Assembly: GCA_000320545.1 (NCBI GenBank)
Contig: ADNK01001207.1
Span: 1-58,011, forward strand
Length of the DNA stretch: 58,011 bases
Reading direction: 5' to 3'
DNA from: Bigelowiella natans CCMP2755
Taxonomy: Eukaryota > Protista > Cercozoa
The first letter of the stretch is position 1. The number at the start of each line of letters is the position of its first letter. This document shows, piece by piece, positions 37,740 to 51,590 of the stretch. Made by a program: the position numbers and the translations under genes. Below the pieces are notes generated by a model, which made no database searches, was not told the DNA's origin, and worked only from the letters and a program-made list of their open reading frames with translations.

Positions 37740-38400
37740 GTCGATAAATCCGTTTGCACTGTGCTAGCTGTACGTACGCTGCGATCATTTATGCCTATGC
37801 GTGCTGTTTACCACGAAATAGCATTTGCAACGTCATTGTTACGCATATATAGCATGCTAGCATATATGCATCATGCGAACCAATGCTACAATGCAGTAGG
37901 CGACCACAGCATCCTATAATATTGGTTGCTACTAGCTAGCTCGGCTAGTGCTCTATCAATAGCGATCTCCACTTCTAGGCGAGTATCGTATGGTAATAGC
38001 GTGACAACGCTCATGTTTTCACGAATAGTGTATGTAGCATTTGTGTGACGCGCGCGTGCATTCCTACGCGACGCCACATATTTCTAGATTCACGTGCGTA
38101 CTGTCGATGATCGAATGCTAAAAAGGTGGTGACAGCGTGCCGCTGCTGTGACATATGCTAGCATGCGTGGCTCAGATGCTATACATTGTACATAGTTGTG
38201 CATAAATGTGCACAAGCGGCGGATGCAAAGCATACAAACAACTTGGTGTATGCATGCTAGCATGGGCACATCAATGCATCCGAATACACAATTATCGCAC
38301 AGATATATGATGCATGAAAGAATTACAACAGAAACGAATGTGCACAATTTAAGCGCTGTGGCCGCTGCTTTGCATAGCTACATTAGGATTACCATTAGTA
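37740..38400. other. CTAG/TGCA-rich island between two convergent hypothetical genes
   Basis: e.g. agcatgctagcatatatgcatcatgc, atgcatgctagcatg. Confidence 0.8.
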
Positions 38401-38484
38401 AAATTTAATTTAAACATTACATCCATCTCAAATATGATGCCACTCGTACATCCAGAGGCATTGTTCCTAAGCAATCCTAACTTA

Positions 38485-38783
38485 ATCAGCACTTGACGGT
38501 GTTCCAAATCGGAATAGGAGATCCGTAAACGGTGTGTTCGAATCGTCGAAGAACCTGTGATAGTCATAAAGGAACATGAATGCATTGACTCCCACTCTGG
38601 TGGCATCCCCGCATGCTAAATGTGTACTCGTACAAATGAATCATTAGTCGTGCCTGAGATGTAACACACCTTTTGCTCTCTAGAATCCGACTCGACAAGA
38701 AAGTGAAGTACCGGGAGAGAACTTTCTGATAATATTTCCGTGACCTAAAATCGAATGGTTAGACTTTGCATAGAGCTGCTTAG

Positions 38784-38859
<76 letters not shown>

Positions 38860-40306
38860 CAAAAAAATTGATTATTTTCACATCATTATAACGTATAAAA
38901 TTATTTTTGTTTTCGTAAAGTGAACGGTGAAAACACCTCTGAATCGCGTATTTGTCATGGAAATGCAGCTCTCCAACTTGACGGGAATACTCCTAGGATA
39001 TCAACGTTTGTATTATGATATACCGAATCTGCTATCCCCCTCCCTCGAAAACAATGGTTGCTACATCTTCCGACCTTCGTAGTCGGCACAGTGAGGTATA
39101 AGTAGAATACTCTAGACGACAGCGCTTTGACAAACTCCTCGAGTTCCTTGTTATGTTTGTACCACAATCATTTCCCATACGCTTCTTAAGTTTTTGTGGT
39201 GATACTATGATGTTTATGATGAGGGCATCTTATTTTGTATATCCTGTTGTCACAAGAAAAAAATCATCGAAGAAAACGTTGCGATCCCCGCCTCATGAAT
39301 CTGCTGTAATCGATGGAGGAACATGACTCTCCAACAGAACCCACAAAACACATACACGGCATGGAGTAAAAGCTGCGAAAGCACACTCCTCCCATTTACC
39401 TTTTCTGGCAAATACTGGAGCACCGACGTGCACACGCAGAGATGGAACACTCCCTAAATAGCAAGTTACATCGCACACGAGCAATATCCCTCAGGAAGAC
39501 GCTTCAGATTCTTTCTCCATAACAGGTAAAAGGCTCCGTGGAATAATTCCGTTTTTTAAGTCTATTCGAGACAGAGCGCCATCAAGATTGGCCATGCGGT
39601 TATTCGTCAAATCGCGATTATTCTCTATATCTTGCCAAGTGCTGTTATTACCCTTGCTTTGTTGCTACCGTTGTTGTCGTCATTACAACCATTAGGCTCC
39701 CAATCGGCTGTGCAGTTCTGGATGACATCGTCAATTCGTGGAAATAGCCTTTTCCCCCTTCCTCCTCCTCTTCTTCCTCCTCCTCTCTTTCGTCTTCTTC
39801 GTCGTCTTCTTCTTCTATTCATCTTTGCCGCTCCGTGAACCTCTCCCTTTGCTCTTCTCTGATCGGGGGGGGGCGCGGCCCGTTTCCGCATCAGCTTTGC
39901 CTCTCCATCCCCCTCCTCTCGGATCCAGGAAAGAGCATCTAACCGGCCGAGTTCTACGAGGCATGAACGCCCGGATGCAGTGCGCACCAGCGCGCTAAAT
40001 TCCGTTTCATTCATCCTTTCGATGGCAAGAACAGAAAAACCCCGAGCCGTGTCACCAGCGTTATTATTTCCACGGTGAGTGGATACGGTGTTGGTGATGG
40101 GGGAGGAGGCGGAGAGATGTTCCCCACCGCGCCGCTCTGTATCACCATCACGTTCTTCGTTGTCACTGTCCTTCTCCTTGCAACTACCTCTGATATCACC
40201 TTTATCGTTAGCACCATTACTACTACTACTACTACTGCTGCTGCTACTACTACAACTAGAGACTGTAGCAGCATTACCATTATTACTACCACGCCTATTA
40301 TTACGT

Positions 40307-40337
<31 letters not shown>

Positions 40338-42105
40338 CACTGCCACTACCACTACTACTACTAATCTGACTTCGGATAATACTACTTGCGCCCTCCCCTA
40401 ACATTGATTTTCTCTTTTCTTCTTTCCCGCTCTTCTTCGCATCCTCCGAAGCCGCCTCGACTTTTTCCCCTGACGGTTTGTTGATTGAGGGTCCACAGTC
40501 GTCGCAGACCTTCTTCGTCCCTTGTCCTCGCTTTTGCTGCTGTTGTTTGCTCGCATTGCTGTTTCTCCGGTTGCCGTCGCTGCTGCTGCTGCTGAAACGC
40601 GCCACTGTCTTCTCGAAAGCAAACTTGGAGGGCTCGAGCCCTGTTTGAAGGGAGGGTTCAGTAGCATAGCATTCCGGAAAGAATCGTGAGAAGGACTACG
40701 AGATCGATAATGCAATACAACGGTGATGCAACTTGGCTTGAGAACAGAGATCACTCCGGCAAATCGTATACGAAATATATTAATATTTTTTTGGGTGAGA
40801 CTGGGAATAGAACACGTGTGTCGCAAGGAAGAAAATCATCCGCTTTTATCGGCATTATGAAGGTAGACTAATAGTCTGAAACGATCGAATCGTTACTATG
40901 TATGATTGCATACAGCTGAATGTGCACGCTACAACTAATTGGATTAGGAAAAGAAAAGATAGGGATATGACAGGAGCAAGTACATAAACAAAAAAAGATT
41001 TCCAGTTTCTTTCATTCTCACGGACCGTATACAACCCTCGGTTGCACATGCGCTATAAATTCTTCCAGCAAGTAGCCTAAGCCAAATCTAAGTAGTGGTG
41101 AGATAAATTATTAAAAAATGGGAATGAACGTTCTATGGAGTGAATGGAATACCCGATCTCGACGATGGAGTGCAGCTCCAAGGATTCTATGTCGAAGAAA
41201 GCCTAATTTATGATGGCCGGGAATTACGTCTACGATGAGAAGTCATGTGCAGTATACACAAGACGAATACATGGACACTCACAAAAGCACGTAACCTTAA
41301 GATATTTCACATGGTGCTCCGCGTTGCCGATGCAGTCCATGCTTTCGGGCTCTGAGAAGTTAGCCTCCCAGTATTTTTCTTCAAACCTGGAATACTCTGG
41401 ATGCTGGAATACCTCCTCTTCTTCTTCTTGCTGCTGCTGCTGCTGCTGGTTGTTCCTGTAGGATGTGTCTGTTCTCCCTTCTTCCTGTGATAAAAATAAG
41501 TTGCTGTAAGAGTATGAATTCACACCCCCCAGTTAAGGTTGGCATCACAGCAGACTTGCCTGAGATTCGGGAACGACACGCATCCCCGTCGGCAGAGAAC
41601 GATTCATCACGTGGACGCTGATGATTGAAAAAGTGAGCTTGCTGCTTCAGTATTTATCACATCATCTTCGTTATCGTTTATTCCTGGCCCCTGCGCTCTT
41701 CATTGTTGAAGCAGTTTGCGCGAAAATTAGTAACGGAGAGTCTGTTCTAAAGGTCAAATGCGTCCTTATGGTCTCGCTTGCTGTGGTGATACCTTCTTCC
41801 GTTCCGGCTGAATTTCCGTTCGGATTGCCCCCAGGGGGAAGGGGAAGCGTGACTTCGTGACCTTTGTCAAAGCACTGAAAAAGTCCCTAAATCCTTCCAA
41901 TGCGACAATGATTTCCCGACACATTCGGATAAAAGTTCGCAGGAGTTTTGATCAAGAGAAAAATTTCCTGGGTTATTTGACCTACGACAGCTGTTACCAG
42001 CTGTCGTAGACTAAAATTAGGGTCTGTGCTCAATTTTGGAGAGCAAAGCAAAGGACTTCCCGCCACCCAGGCCGACTCGTTCGAGGGGGGGAGGAGCAGC
42101 CGCAT
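38485..42105 (-). CDS. Hypothetical multi-exon protein with Ser/Arg-rich low-complexity exon (boundaries approximate)
   Basis: Large open frame 40605-39625 plus several small GT-AG-flanked exons (41523-41295; AFFDIESLELHSIVEIG at ~41200; FFDDSNTPFTDLLFRFG at ~38550). No family recognised. Confidence 0.45.
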
Positions 42106-42165
42106 TCTTCCTTTCGTGCCACTCGTAAAGTATAAACGAAAGAGAGGGTGTTTGTTACAGTATTA

Positions 42166-42542
42166 ATGATGGAATCTGGCGTCAAGGCAGTTGCTGCAAC
42201 TAATACTGTTCAAGATAAGGTTCCGAAACAATCAACATATTTCTTAGCTTCTCCTCCTGTAGAAAAATTGATTGCTATTCGAATTCAGGGGGTGGATGAC
42301 GAGTACGAAATGCTACGCGCAAGGATAAATAGGTGGCTTTCGCCAGATTACTTTCATGCCTCCTACTATTGCTATCGCTGATTTTTCCACACGTAGGTGG
42401 AATGGGATGAAACAAACACCTTCCTCACCGAGATTAGAGAATGTGAGCGCCAACGATCAGAATAGGCAAGCTGAGGTCATACGCGTACATACACACATAT
42501 ATTATAATGCGATGTCATTTTACGATATTATGCTTTAAACAA

Positions 42543-42582
<40 letters not shown>

Positions 42583-43961
42583 TGTATTTTTGGTGCCTGT
42601 TCGCTTAAATTCTTAAACTCGATAAAATGCAGCAATATGTGGCCCATATTCGTGAGGCACTTTCAGCTCAATTTACAGGGAAAGCCCCGTTCACCACTGC
42701 GATATTCAACCATCCAGGTTAAGTGTTACATTTATTTTGTTTATTTTGATCTGAAAATTCATGCTATGATCCCTTCGCGTTTTGCGCAAAAACTTGTGTA
42801 CAACGCTATGCTTTTTCCTCAAGGTGACTACATGAAGTGCAAGTTCGGTTTTATATATTTTAAAAGACAGCAACAATATTGGTAGGTTCGTGCCCTGGTC
42901 TGCCAATGCTGGCGCCCATTCCCTCGCTAATCCCCCCACGGGCAGTACAAAGGTATTAGCAAGCCGCTACATACAAAAAATATACCGAACAATATGCTGG
43001 TAACAATTATAGTGAGATGATGACGTCCTATCCGATGATTCAGAGAAGTGAGTAATTCCCAAACACACGCACAGTAAAAAGAAGAAGGGGGGCGTTGAGG
43101 ATTTCACCCCTAGTCTTTTCTACCCACAATCAATCAAAAAAACCACATTCGATACCAAACACTGATCATTACAGGGAACAAAGGGCAGAAGAGCGGCGTA
43201 TAAAAACCGCGCTTTCACGAGCTCCGACTGCGATGTCGGGTTTTCTTTCCCGGGCAGCATCAAGCTTCCAATACGATGACCAACGGTCGCTCATCCGACG
43301 AAGCACGTCGCGAATATCCGCATACAAAGGGAAGGTGAGCAATAAATACACACTACTATCATAACCGCGTCGCGGGACAAGAAAACATTGTAACTGTTGT
43401 TCTTTGGCGGTACTCGGGTTCGAGCGCCAAGTCTTCACTTCGCTCAATTATGTGTTGTGTATTCGTGAGATATTCTAACTCAATCCACCGTGAAACGCTA
43501 TTGACCCGGAGAACATATGTGCATTTTCCACACACAGCAATCCGGCAAGTCGCTGCTGAAATCCGGCAAGTCGCTGCTGAAATCCGGCAAGTCGCTGCTG
43601 AAATCCGGCAAGTCTCTGCTGAAAGCACCCTCGAAGAAAACGAACAACCGCTCAGCTGCCAAGAAATCTGGGTGGCGTGGCAAAAAATCGCTGCTCTCGC
43701 GGGCCTCCTCGCGGGTGGGCTTTCGTGGTCCTCCAGAAGTAGCTGAATTCAATGACAGTCCTCTCCGTGCTTCTGTTGACCATGAAGATAACGCTGACGA
43801 AGGGGCTGAGAACGCTCCACCACCAATCAGCCTGCACGGCGATCCTGAGGGTACAGGCAAGGCTGCTGCAGATGCTTCTGTAGAGGGCGTGGGGAGAATG
43901 AGGAGATCGAAATCACCATCCCGGTCTCAGGAGGCTTCCAAAAGAAACAGTGATAAAAAGC

Positions 43962-43997
<36 letters not shown>

Positions 43998-44108
43998 CAT
44001 CATCATCCACATCACCGTCCTCTAAGGTAAAGTACGCGGGCAAATGAGCGCCCAGGAGCACATCTTTCGCCCTAGAGCACGATGATGCATGTGAAGCAGG
44101 AGATTGAA

Positions 44109-44143
<35 letters not shown>

Positions 44144-45788
44144 AATGATGAAATTCTTGTTGATTTAAAGGAGGTGCGAAAGCTTCGAGCAGCTCTCCAA
44201 GCCGAGCAAGAAATGCGAATGCTCTCCATCGAGAAAGAGCAGCTGATGCGCTACTTGCTAGAGAACCAGCAAAAACATGGGCGATCGCAACAACAACAAC
44301 AACGACGAGGAGGAGGAGGAGGAGGACGTTCTGGTCTCCAATCAGAGCTGGTAGCATTTTGCATAGTTGTGCAATTCTGGTGCGTTTTGTTACTTCTTGT
44401 GTTTCCATTCATATATCGATAACACGCAGGCGAGGGAAGTGAATGCTCTCCGAAGCTATTCTAGGTGAGTGGGAGGGGGGGTTGGGAGTGGAAGAGGGGA
44501 GGGGGGGAATGTCCTCACTTCAAGAACAACTCCAACAACTGTGTTATTTATTTTCCAAGGCATTTTTTAAGATGAAAATGGAGACTCTTCGTGTTTTCAG
44601 CGCTCTATAATGATCGCTGGTGATGATGCGCCGCCTCCTCTCCCCCCTGTTACGAGGAATGTTTCCCAAACCAAGCTGCTCTGACTTCTTAATTTATGAT
44701 GAAAAATAGGGAAGAGGGAAGGATGAGGGATGTTGTCGACCACTCTTTCGTAGCGATGCAGTATGGCCAACCGGGTGCAATGCTGAGAAGGGTGAGAATA
44801 CTGATAACGGATTTAATGATTGTAGGCGATATTAAAACATCCTTACGCAACAACGCGCTATTAATGTATCGTGAGGCTGATGATTCCCCAACGCAACAGC
44901 AAGAACAACGACAACGACGACGATGAAGACAACCTATAATAATCGGCATTTGGTGCTATTTCTCCCTCATCAGGCGTCCGAGACGATGAAGAATGCGATT
45001 GCGAGAGAGGTGTTATGGAAATGTGCGCTTCTTCTTCTTCTTCTTCTTCCCGCCTGTGCATGCATTCTCCGTTGTCATCGTCGTCGTCGTCGCGAGTGTT
45101 TTCGGTGTTCCAATTTGTTACCTTTCAAGCTGAGAATGGATGCATACACAACGACAAACAAATAAAGACGCTGTGGTTATCACCTTCTCCCTCCCTCCCG
45201 CCATCCTCCAGTTGTTTTCACCCTTTCCCTTCTCCTCGTGCTTTTCATATACAATCTCTCGTAGGCTGGAGTATTGGCCGAGATGCTGCTGAATGATCTC
45301 CTTGGTCAGAGAGCGAATCGTAGTAGTAGAAGTCGTCGTCGTCGTCGTCATAGCAGCAGTAGCAGTTGGGTAATTGTAGTAGCGTGAAAAGGTTATTTTC
45401 CAAGTTTTAAATGAACAATTAGAGATCATTTTGCCCGTTTTGTTGTTTGAAGGATTCGAACCATTGTTTTGTATAGTACTCTCTGGCGTGAGTTTGCTGT
45501 TTTAAACGCCACTGTGCACCTCATCTATGCAGAGGACGTTGCTAGGAATCTTAACCTTTGTGAGGAGCGCGCCCGGATGGAGCAGAAAGCAAATGACACC
45601 GAAGCTGCAATGGTCGGCAATAACTACGACAACAATGATGATGATGATGACGATGATTGAGCTGCTCAACAATCGCGCGCGCGCACACACACACACACAC
45701 ACAAACACACACCTGTGTCGCGCTGAATTGGGTGGGGTGGAGGATGATTGTTATATGCACGTTATTCATAATCCTTGCTTTGTAAGCA

Positions 45789-45836
<48 letters not shown>

Positions 45837-45888
45837 ACGATATCAGGAGGAGTGCTTGAAATTAGCAATGCAGCACAAGTATGCATAC

Positions 45889-45921
<33 letters not shown>

Positions 45922-45925
45922 AAAT

Positions 45926-45992
<67 letters not shown>

Positions 45993-46869
45993 TCCAATAG
46001 TCTCCCCGTCGCTTAACCACCTTCTTCTTCTTCTTCTTCTTCTTCTTCTCCCTAGAAACAAAATGGAGGAGATACAGCAGCGCTATCTCGCTCCTGAGGA
46101 GGATCAGCGTCATCATCAGATGGCGAGCAGCGTCGTCAGCAGTCACGGTATAATCATGACGCTGCCCCCACTCAATAATCTGTTTTTTGTTCATTTATCA
46201 TCAGATGATCCCCCTCCCCCTTTCTATGTGCGTGCTTCATCAGCTTCTCCCTCTTTTCCTTACAATTTTGCTTTCTGTCAACCAAACCGACCCCCTCTCA
46301 CTGACTCCCATCTATTGGGGCATGCTTGTCTTGGCGAAGAAGCTGCTGCTGTTGCGGGTGCTATTGGGGAATAACAACAACAATAATACCACTAACAAAT
46401 GTCTCTGCTACGGTGTTTTTGGTTCGCAGATGAGCGTGCCCTCAGCGACATGATATGCCGAATTTATGGTGATGATGATGATGATGATAAAGACGGCAAG
46501 AGCAACAACATCCAGACCAACGCCTTCGATGCAAAAGCGGGAACAAGAGGAGGAGGAGGAGGAGGAGGAGGAAGACTCGCGAGCGAGGGAGACGAAACAG
46601 TACCCTCTGCTGCTGGCAGTGGTGGTGATAGAGCGGAGTTGCTTCCAGATGAGGAGAAACACGACGTGAGTGATGGTGATGCGAAAAGCAGCAGTCGACC
46701 CCACTACTTCTCAGACCAGAAATGGATGCAGCTGCCCTCGGAGTCCCATCAGCAGTCGGGTGATGCTGGTGATGGCCATGCCCATCATGAGAAGTGGGGA
46801 TCTCAGGATAATGCGGCTCCTCCTTCCGAGTCGAAGATGGTGCAGTTTATAAATATATCAGAATTATTA

Positions 46870-46915
<46 letters not shown>

Positions 46916-47124
46916 TTTAAATGTGCGCGCGTGTGTGTGCGTGTGAATGTGTCATAGAAGCCCTCCACCAATCCCTACTTTTCGTTGTTTTCATCATCAA
47001 CATGATGCAGGCATTGGACAGTGCTCACTGAACGTCAGTCTTTCTCTCATCTCCGCACCTCACCCGTCCTATCTAGCTATCCCTCATGCTAGCCTCCGCT
47101 TTCCGTCTTAAATACACCGCCACA

Positions 47125-47162
<38 letters not shown>

Positions 47163-47358
47163 GGTTTTGGAGAAGTTCGCCGATGAGTTGACAGACATGC
47201 TGATGGAGGACGTGGCAAAAGAGGTTGGGACCACGGTTATAATCCGAGTATCATTTGAGAAGACTAATGGCGTTCCTTGCCTTTAATAATGGCTTGTTCA
47301 GCTCGGTGGCGTCTTAGATGAAAAGGTTTCTGCGCTGTTACGCTCGGAGCTGCAGTGA
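42166..47358 (+). CDS. Large coiled-coil/low-complexity protein, C-terminus resembling Moonraker (KIAA0753); many exons
   Basis: Exons from MMESGVKAV to VLEKFADELTDMLMEDVAKE-LGGVLDEKVSALLRSELQ* (stop 47356-47358), including the coiled-coil exon LKEVRKLRAALQAEQEMRMLSIEKEQL. The gene itself is well supported; the family call is tentative. Confidence 0.55.
43539..43623 (+). repeat. 4x 21 bp coding tandem repeat (SGKSLLK)
   Basis: aatccggcaagtcgctgctga x3 plus a fourth near-identical copy. Confidence 0.95.
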
Positions 47359-47559
47359 CAACAAGGCCTGCACGCACAATGATGCGGTGGAGCACTCACT
47401 CAGCGCGGAAATGGATGTAGAGGCACCTGTGCTGAACCCATGCCCGGCTGGGTAGCTTTCACTTCCTTGCAATACACACTTAGAAATGGGTCGTTCATGT
47501 AGATTGACATTGATAAAACTGTACATCAGCTTCGCTGCTTCAATGGTTCTAGAATTGTC

Positions 47560-48330
47560 GATCGCATGCATGTGACTATGTGACAACTAACGCTGTACGT
47601 CGATGAAACTGCTGCAAGCATGCACAGAGTCTAGATGTACCACGTCTAGCTAGGCGTGTAGAGCGAGAGAGCTATCGCATCGAGCACACATAGATCTTGA
47701 GATGCACCCATCGTATCTAGCTAGCTAACCATGGTGCATGCTGCATGTGCTAGTGTGACTGAGACGGCTAGATGGATGTAGTGAAATGATTGCCCATGAT
47801 GCATCGCATGCAAGTTAGTATGTCTAGATGTGTTCACTGTGCTAGCGTGCGTGTGTGTCTAAATGATGCGTCGAGCCAAGCTAGCAAGATGTCGTCTATA
47901 TCATGACTGCCTGCAGGCTGCTAGCACTAGAGCGGGTGCATGCAGCGTCCACTATATAGTCGTCTAGACTACTATGTGTATTGCATGCTAGCATGTCTAT
48001 CATATAGTGGATCGAGCGTGACTGCGTGCGCGCGACAATGACATTCGCGCTGCATGCAATCTAGTAATGCTAGAATGCAGCAATGCTAGAATGGCGCACA
48101 TATCTAAAATCTAGATATGCTAGCTAGCTAGCATGTCTAGATGTGCTCTTCAGTTCTGCACCAGCTATTAGAGCTGTACATGGATCTAGACATGCTCTAG
48201 ATGCTAGCATGACGTCGTAGCACTTGCCTGTGTTACTCAGCTGCCTGCACCATGCGATCTAGACAGATGCATGCATCCGTGCTAGCATGTGGGGCGAGCC
48301 ACCGCTAGACCGCGTGCGCAGCATGCTAAA
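47560..48330. other. CTAG/TGCA-rich island between convergent Moonraker-like gene and formin
   Basis: Roughly 25-30 CTAG by eye in ~700 bp; atgctagctagctagcatgtctaga. Confidence 0.88.
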
Positions 48331-48650
48331 CAGAAGGGGTTATATAGATTGCTGATATCACACGAATATTTGGCGCTTAATATTGACAATAAATATGGAA
48401 CCACCGCAGCTCTTTTTTAATTGGGATGAAGGCTAGTTGGATGCATCACGACTATTACACATATATCGTTCTTTCCGGGGGCATCTAGACTTTGCCCGAC
48501 TGGCAACTAATACCTCGCCGAGAAAACACTCGAATCGGCCAAGGCCGCATTCAGCGCCTGTGTCCGCATTTAATTTATATTAAATCTAAAAGCTGGAATA
48601 TCAATTTCTTCTATAAAATCCCAAGTGCCATGACCGGACAGGTGACGTTC

Positions 48651-51545
48651 TTAGCGACTGGGGCTTTTTATGGTCAACGCCCGCCTACTACCACCATCTA
48701 AACAGTTCTTAGCGTCCTTTGGAGCTGATGAAATCTTGCCCAACACGTCGTTCCGAGATATCTATTATCATGCATCGTGTGAGCGTCATTTTACCGCGAT
48801 GATCTGTGTATATGCATGCATGTACCTTCACAGCTGCTTTCTCGGCTTTTGAAAGATCCCCTGGGAGTTACGCAACACGGACCAACAAAACGAGTTAACC
48901 TTCAGATTTACAACAACGCAAGCTAGCAAGCAAAGCACTATGGCCTTTCGCCCGCCGGCAAATACCTAAGAAACTTTGCCAGATTTGAAAAACACTGCCC
49001 CACGTGCTTGATTCATTATGGCCTGATGCGGTTGGGCATAGAATGGAAGATCGTGACAAAGACTCGTCTCACATACATGCAATCTGAGATTCGTTGCGTT
49101 ACTACCTAGGTACTTGCAGAGGGTTTTATGCAGGGTTTCGATGCTCTCGACTTGGGCGAGCAGCTAATGGGGAAAGAACATAGAAATTATGAATGAACCG
49201 AGGTCTACAATATCCTCAATCCCTGTCTTTGTGCTGAGGAAGAATAACGAAATCTACCTTGCTCCAATGTGTAGCTGCTTCCTCGATAAATCGGCTCAAT
49301 TTCGATAGATCAGAGGAAGGCGGAGAAGTGCTGCTCGCTAGAAGCCTAGATGTAGAGTTCATCTTCTTTTGCATCACCTTGATTTCCTGTGCACATAGAA
49401 AGGGGATGAAGCTCTTCTCACGCAACAACAACGAGTGACTATTTCACATTGCACATGAATTATTTGTTACCGCTCGGATAGCATTCTCATCGATTCTCGC
49501 AGCTTCGTGCAACTGAATAAGCACAAATCAGGAAGCAGGATATTCATTCTCTCGCACAGAAGATGATCGGAAGTCGTTAACACGAACTGGCCGTGTTCGC
49601 AGTCACATCCTTCACCGACGTTTTCAGTGAGAGAACAAGTTAAAACATCAAAACGAAGTTTTTTGGCAGCAAGGAGAAAACACCGCGAAGCAAGTATCTC
49701 GACGCATCATCGGGCTATCATCGTTACCGATTCGAGCTCCTTTTTGAGCGCCTCAGACACTGAGCTGCTGGATGCTTTCGGCGTTATCGAAACAGATCCG
49801 CCGGCGCCATTTTTCTCGTCGTTGCCGCCGCTCATGCTGAGGATGCTCGCCATTTTTGCCTTTCTGCGATTGCGACGAGATATATCCTTCCGCACTTGCA
49901 GAGCGATGAAACCTACTCAGCAAAATCAAAACAGCCACTCTTAATCAATATACAACTGTGTTCCTCGAGACGCTGTTATCAATAGTAACATTGATGTCAT
50001 TTCCGTGCAGTTGGAAATAGATGGCAAATATGGCATCTTTTGCTTCATTACCGAGTAGAGAAATACGGTTGTCCCTGGACTTTATGCGCGACAGCATGCA
50101 CAAGGCTGATAGATCAAACCTGTGATAACGAGATCAATCAGTAAAATACATTATATTTATATCACAAAATGCCTTCGAGGAGAGCGAGCAATGGCGTTGC
50201 CAGATTCAGCTTTGCGACACAAATCTATCAGCGTCTCGATTCTCTACTTAACGTATCATCCTGCTATATCATCAATCGAACAATCGTGCAAAATGTCCTC
50301 CTACCCGTGCGTCTCGTTGGCTCCGGAGTTGACATTCATGAAGTTCCCAAACTGCAGCACCTTCTTCAGCACCCTATTGTTGTACACAGCAATATAAATT
50401 ACTAACGCGAATTGAGGGTCACGTGAGCCCAAGAAAGGAAGTTAGATGCTTGAAATACGAGGGGGAAAAAAAAGTACAAGAGATTCTCCCAATGCTTTGT
50501 GCAAATGTATTCCACACACAATTCATCGGGTATTTGCCGTGCGAATCGTTTACGCCTTCCACGGCGCATGTGCACACGAGGACCGAATGGTTTGCATTCA
50601 GAGACAAAGCAGGAAACAAGCGCCATCAGACGAGCACGCATCATCCCATACTTCTTCACTGTATACGAAGACTTGAGCGCACAGATTGCCCGTTCCATCG
50701 TCGTCAGGGGCTCGATCAGCGCTTTCATCCGGGGGAGGAAGTCGCGTTGAAACAGGACCGACTCAAACTTTCCACAGATGTCGCCCCCTTCCGCAGCAGC
50801 CTAAGACAGTAATTGGTACAGGTTTTCCATCATACGCGCACACTCTGTAATGGGAAGACACATCGGGTTGAATCCTGTTAAGGAACGTACCCCGAGGTAA
50901 AAATGTATGTTATCTTGGAGCTGCTGCTTTCCGGTAGCCAAGGCTGCTTTCAGCACCTCTTGCGCCTTCTCCCGGGGGGAAGGGTCTTTGCCAGGCTTGG
51001 ATGCCTTTGCAGTAGACAACAAGGCCATCCGGCTGGCGACGAAGCCGATTTCCTTTCGAATCAGGTCTATTTCCGCTGAGGAGGGGGGGGACAATGATCG
51101 GTCAGTACACTGCCAACATTTATCTTAATAGTGATGGATGGAGACGAAGAAACATGCACTATTTTGAAAACCATGCAAGCATCAGTTACGCTTCTACTTT
51201 ACTTTAATTCCCCTCCCCCTCCCCCCCCCCCCTTTCTTTCTCGGTAGAAGAGTACCTTGTGTGGGAAAGATATGATTGATTCTGTCAGCAGAATCCCCTG
51301 GCAGCCTCTCTACATCCACCTAATTCGTATGCAGGAGGGAACGTGTGAGCTCCTCGTCAATTGCATTGACAAACAGGGCGACAGAGTTTATGCGTTATTT
51401 GAGGATGAGAGGAGTCACACGCACCTGTGAAATGGCAGCGATGATGTTTGAGACTTCCAATTTCATAGACTTCAAGACTATCGAGGCATTTCGTAGCCTG
51501 ACGAGCAAAGAGCACGCATAGGAATCATGAGCTCCACCGTCATAA

Positions 51546-51590
<45 letters not shown>

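Noticed and set aside
43539-43623. Regular 21 bp repeats as a possible CRISPR array
   Set aside because: Head-to-tail repeats with no unique spacers, in frame within a eukaryotic exon; no cas genes.
47560-48330. CTAG islands as telomere-like (TCTAGGG/TTAGGG) repeats
   Set aside because: CTAG is followed by C or A rather than GGG and shows no fixed periodicity.
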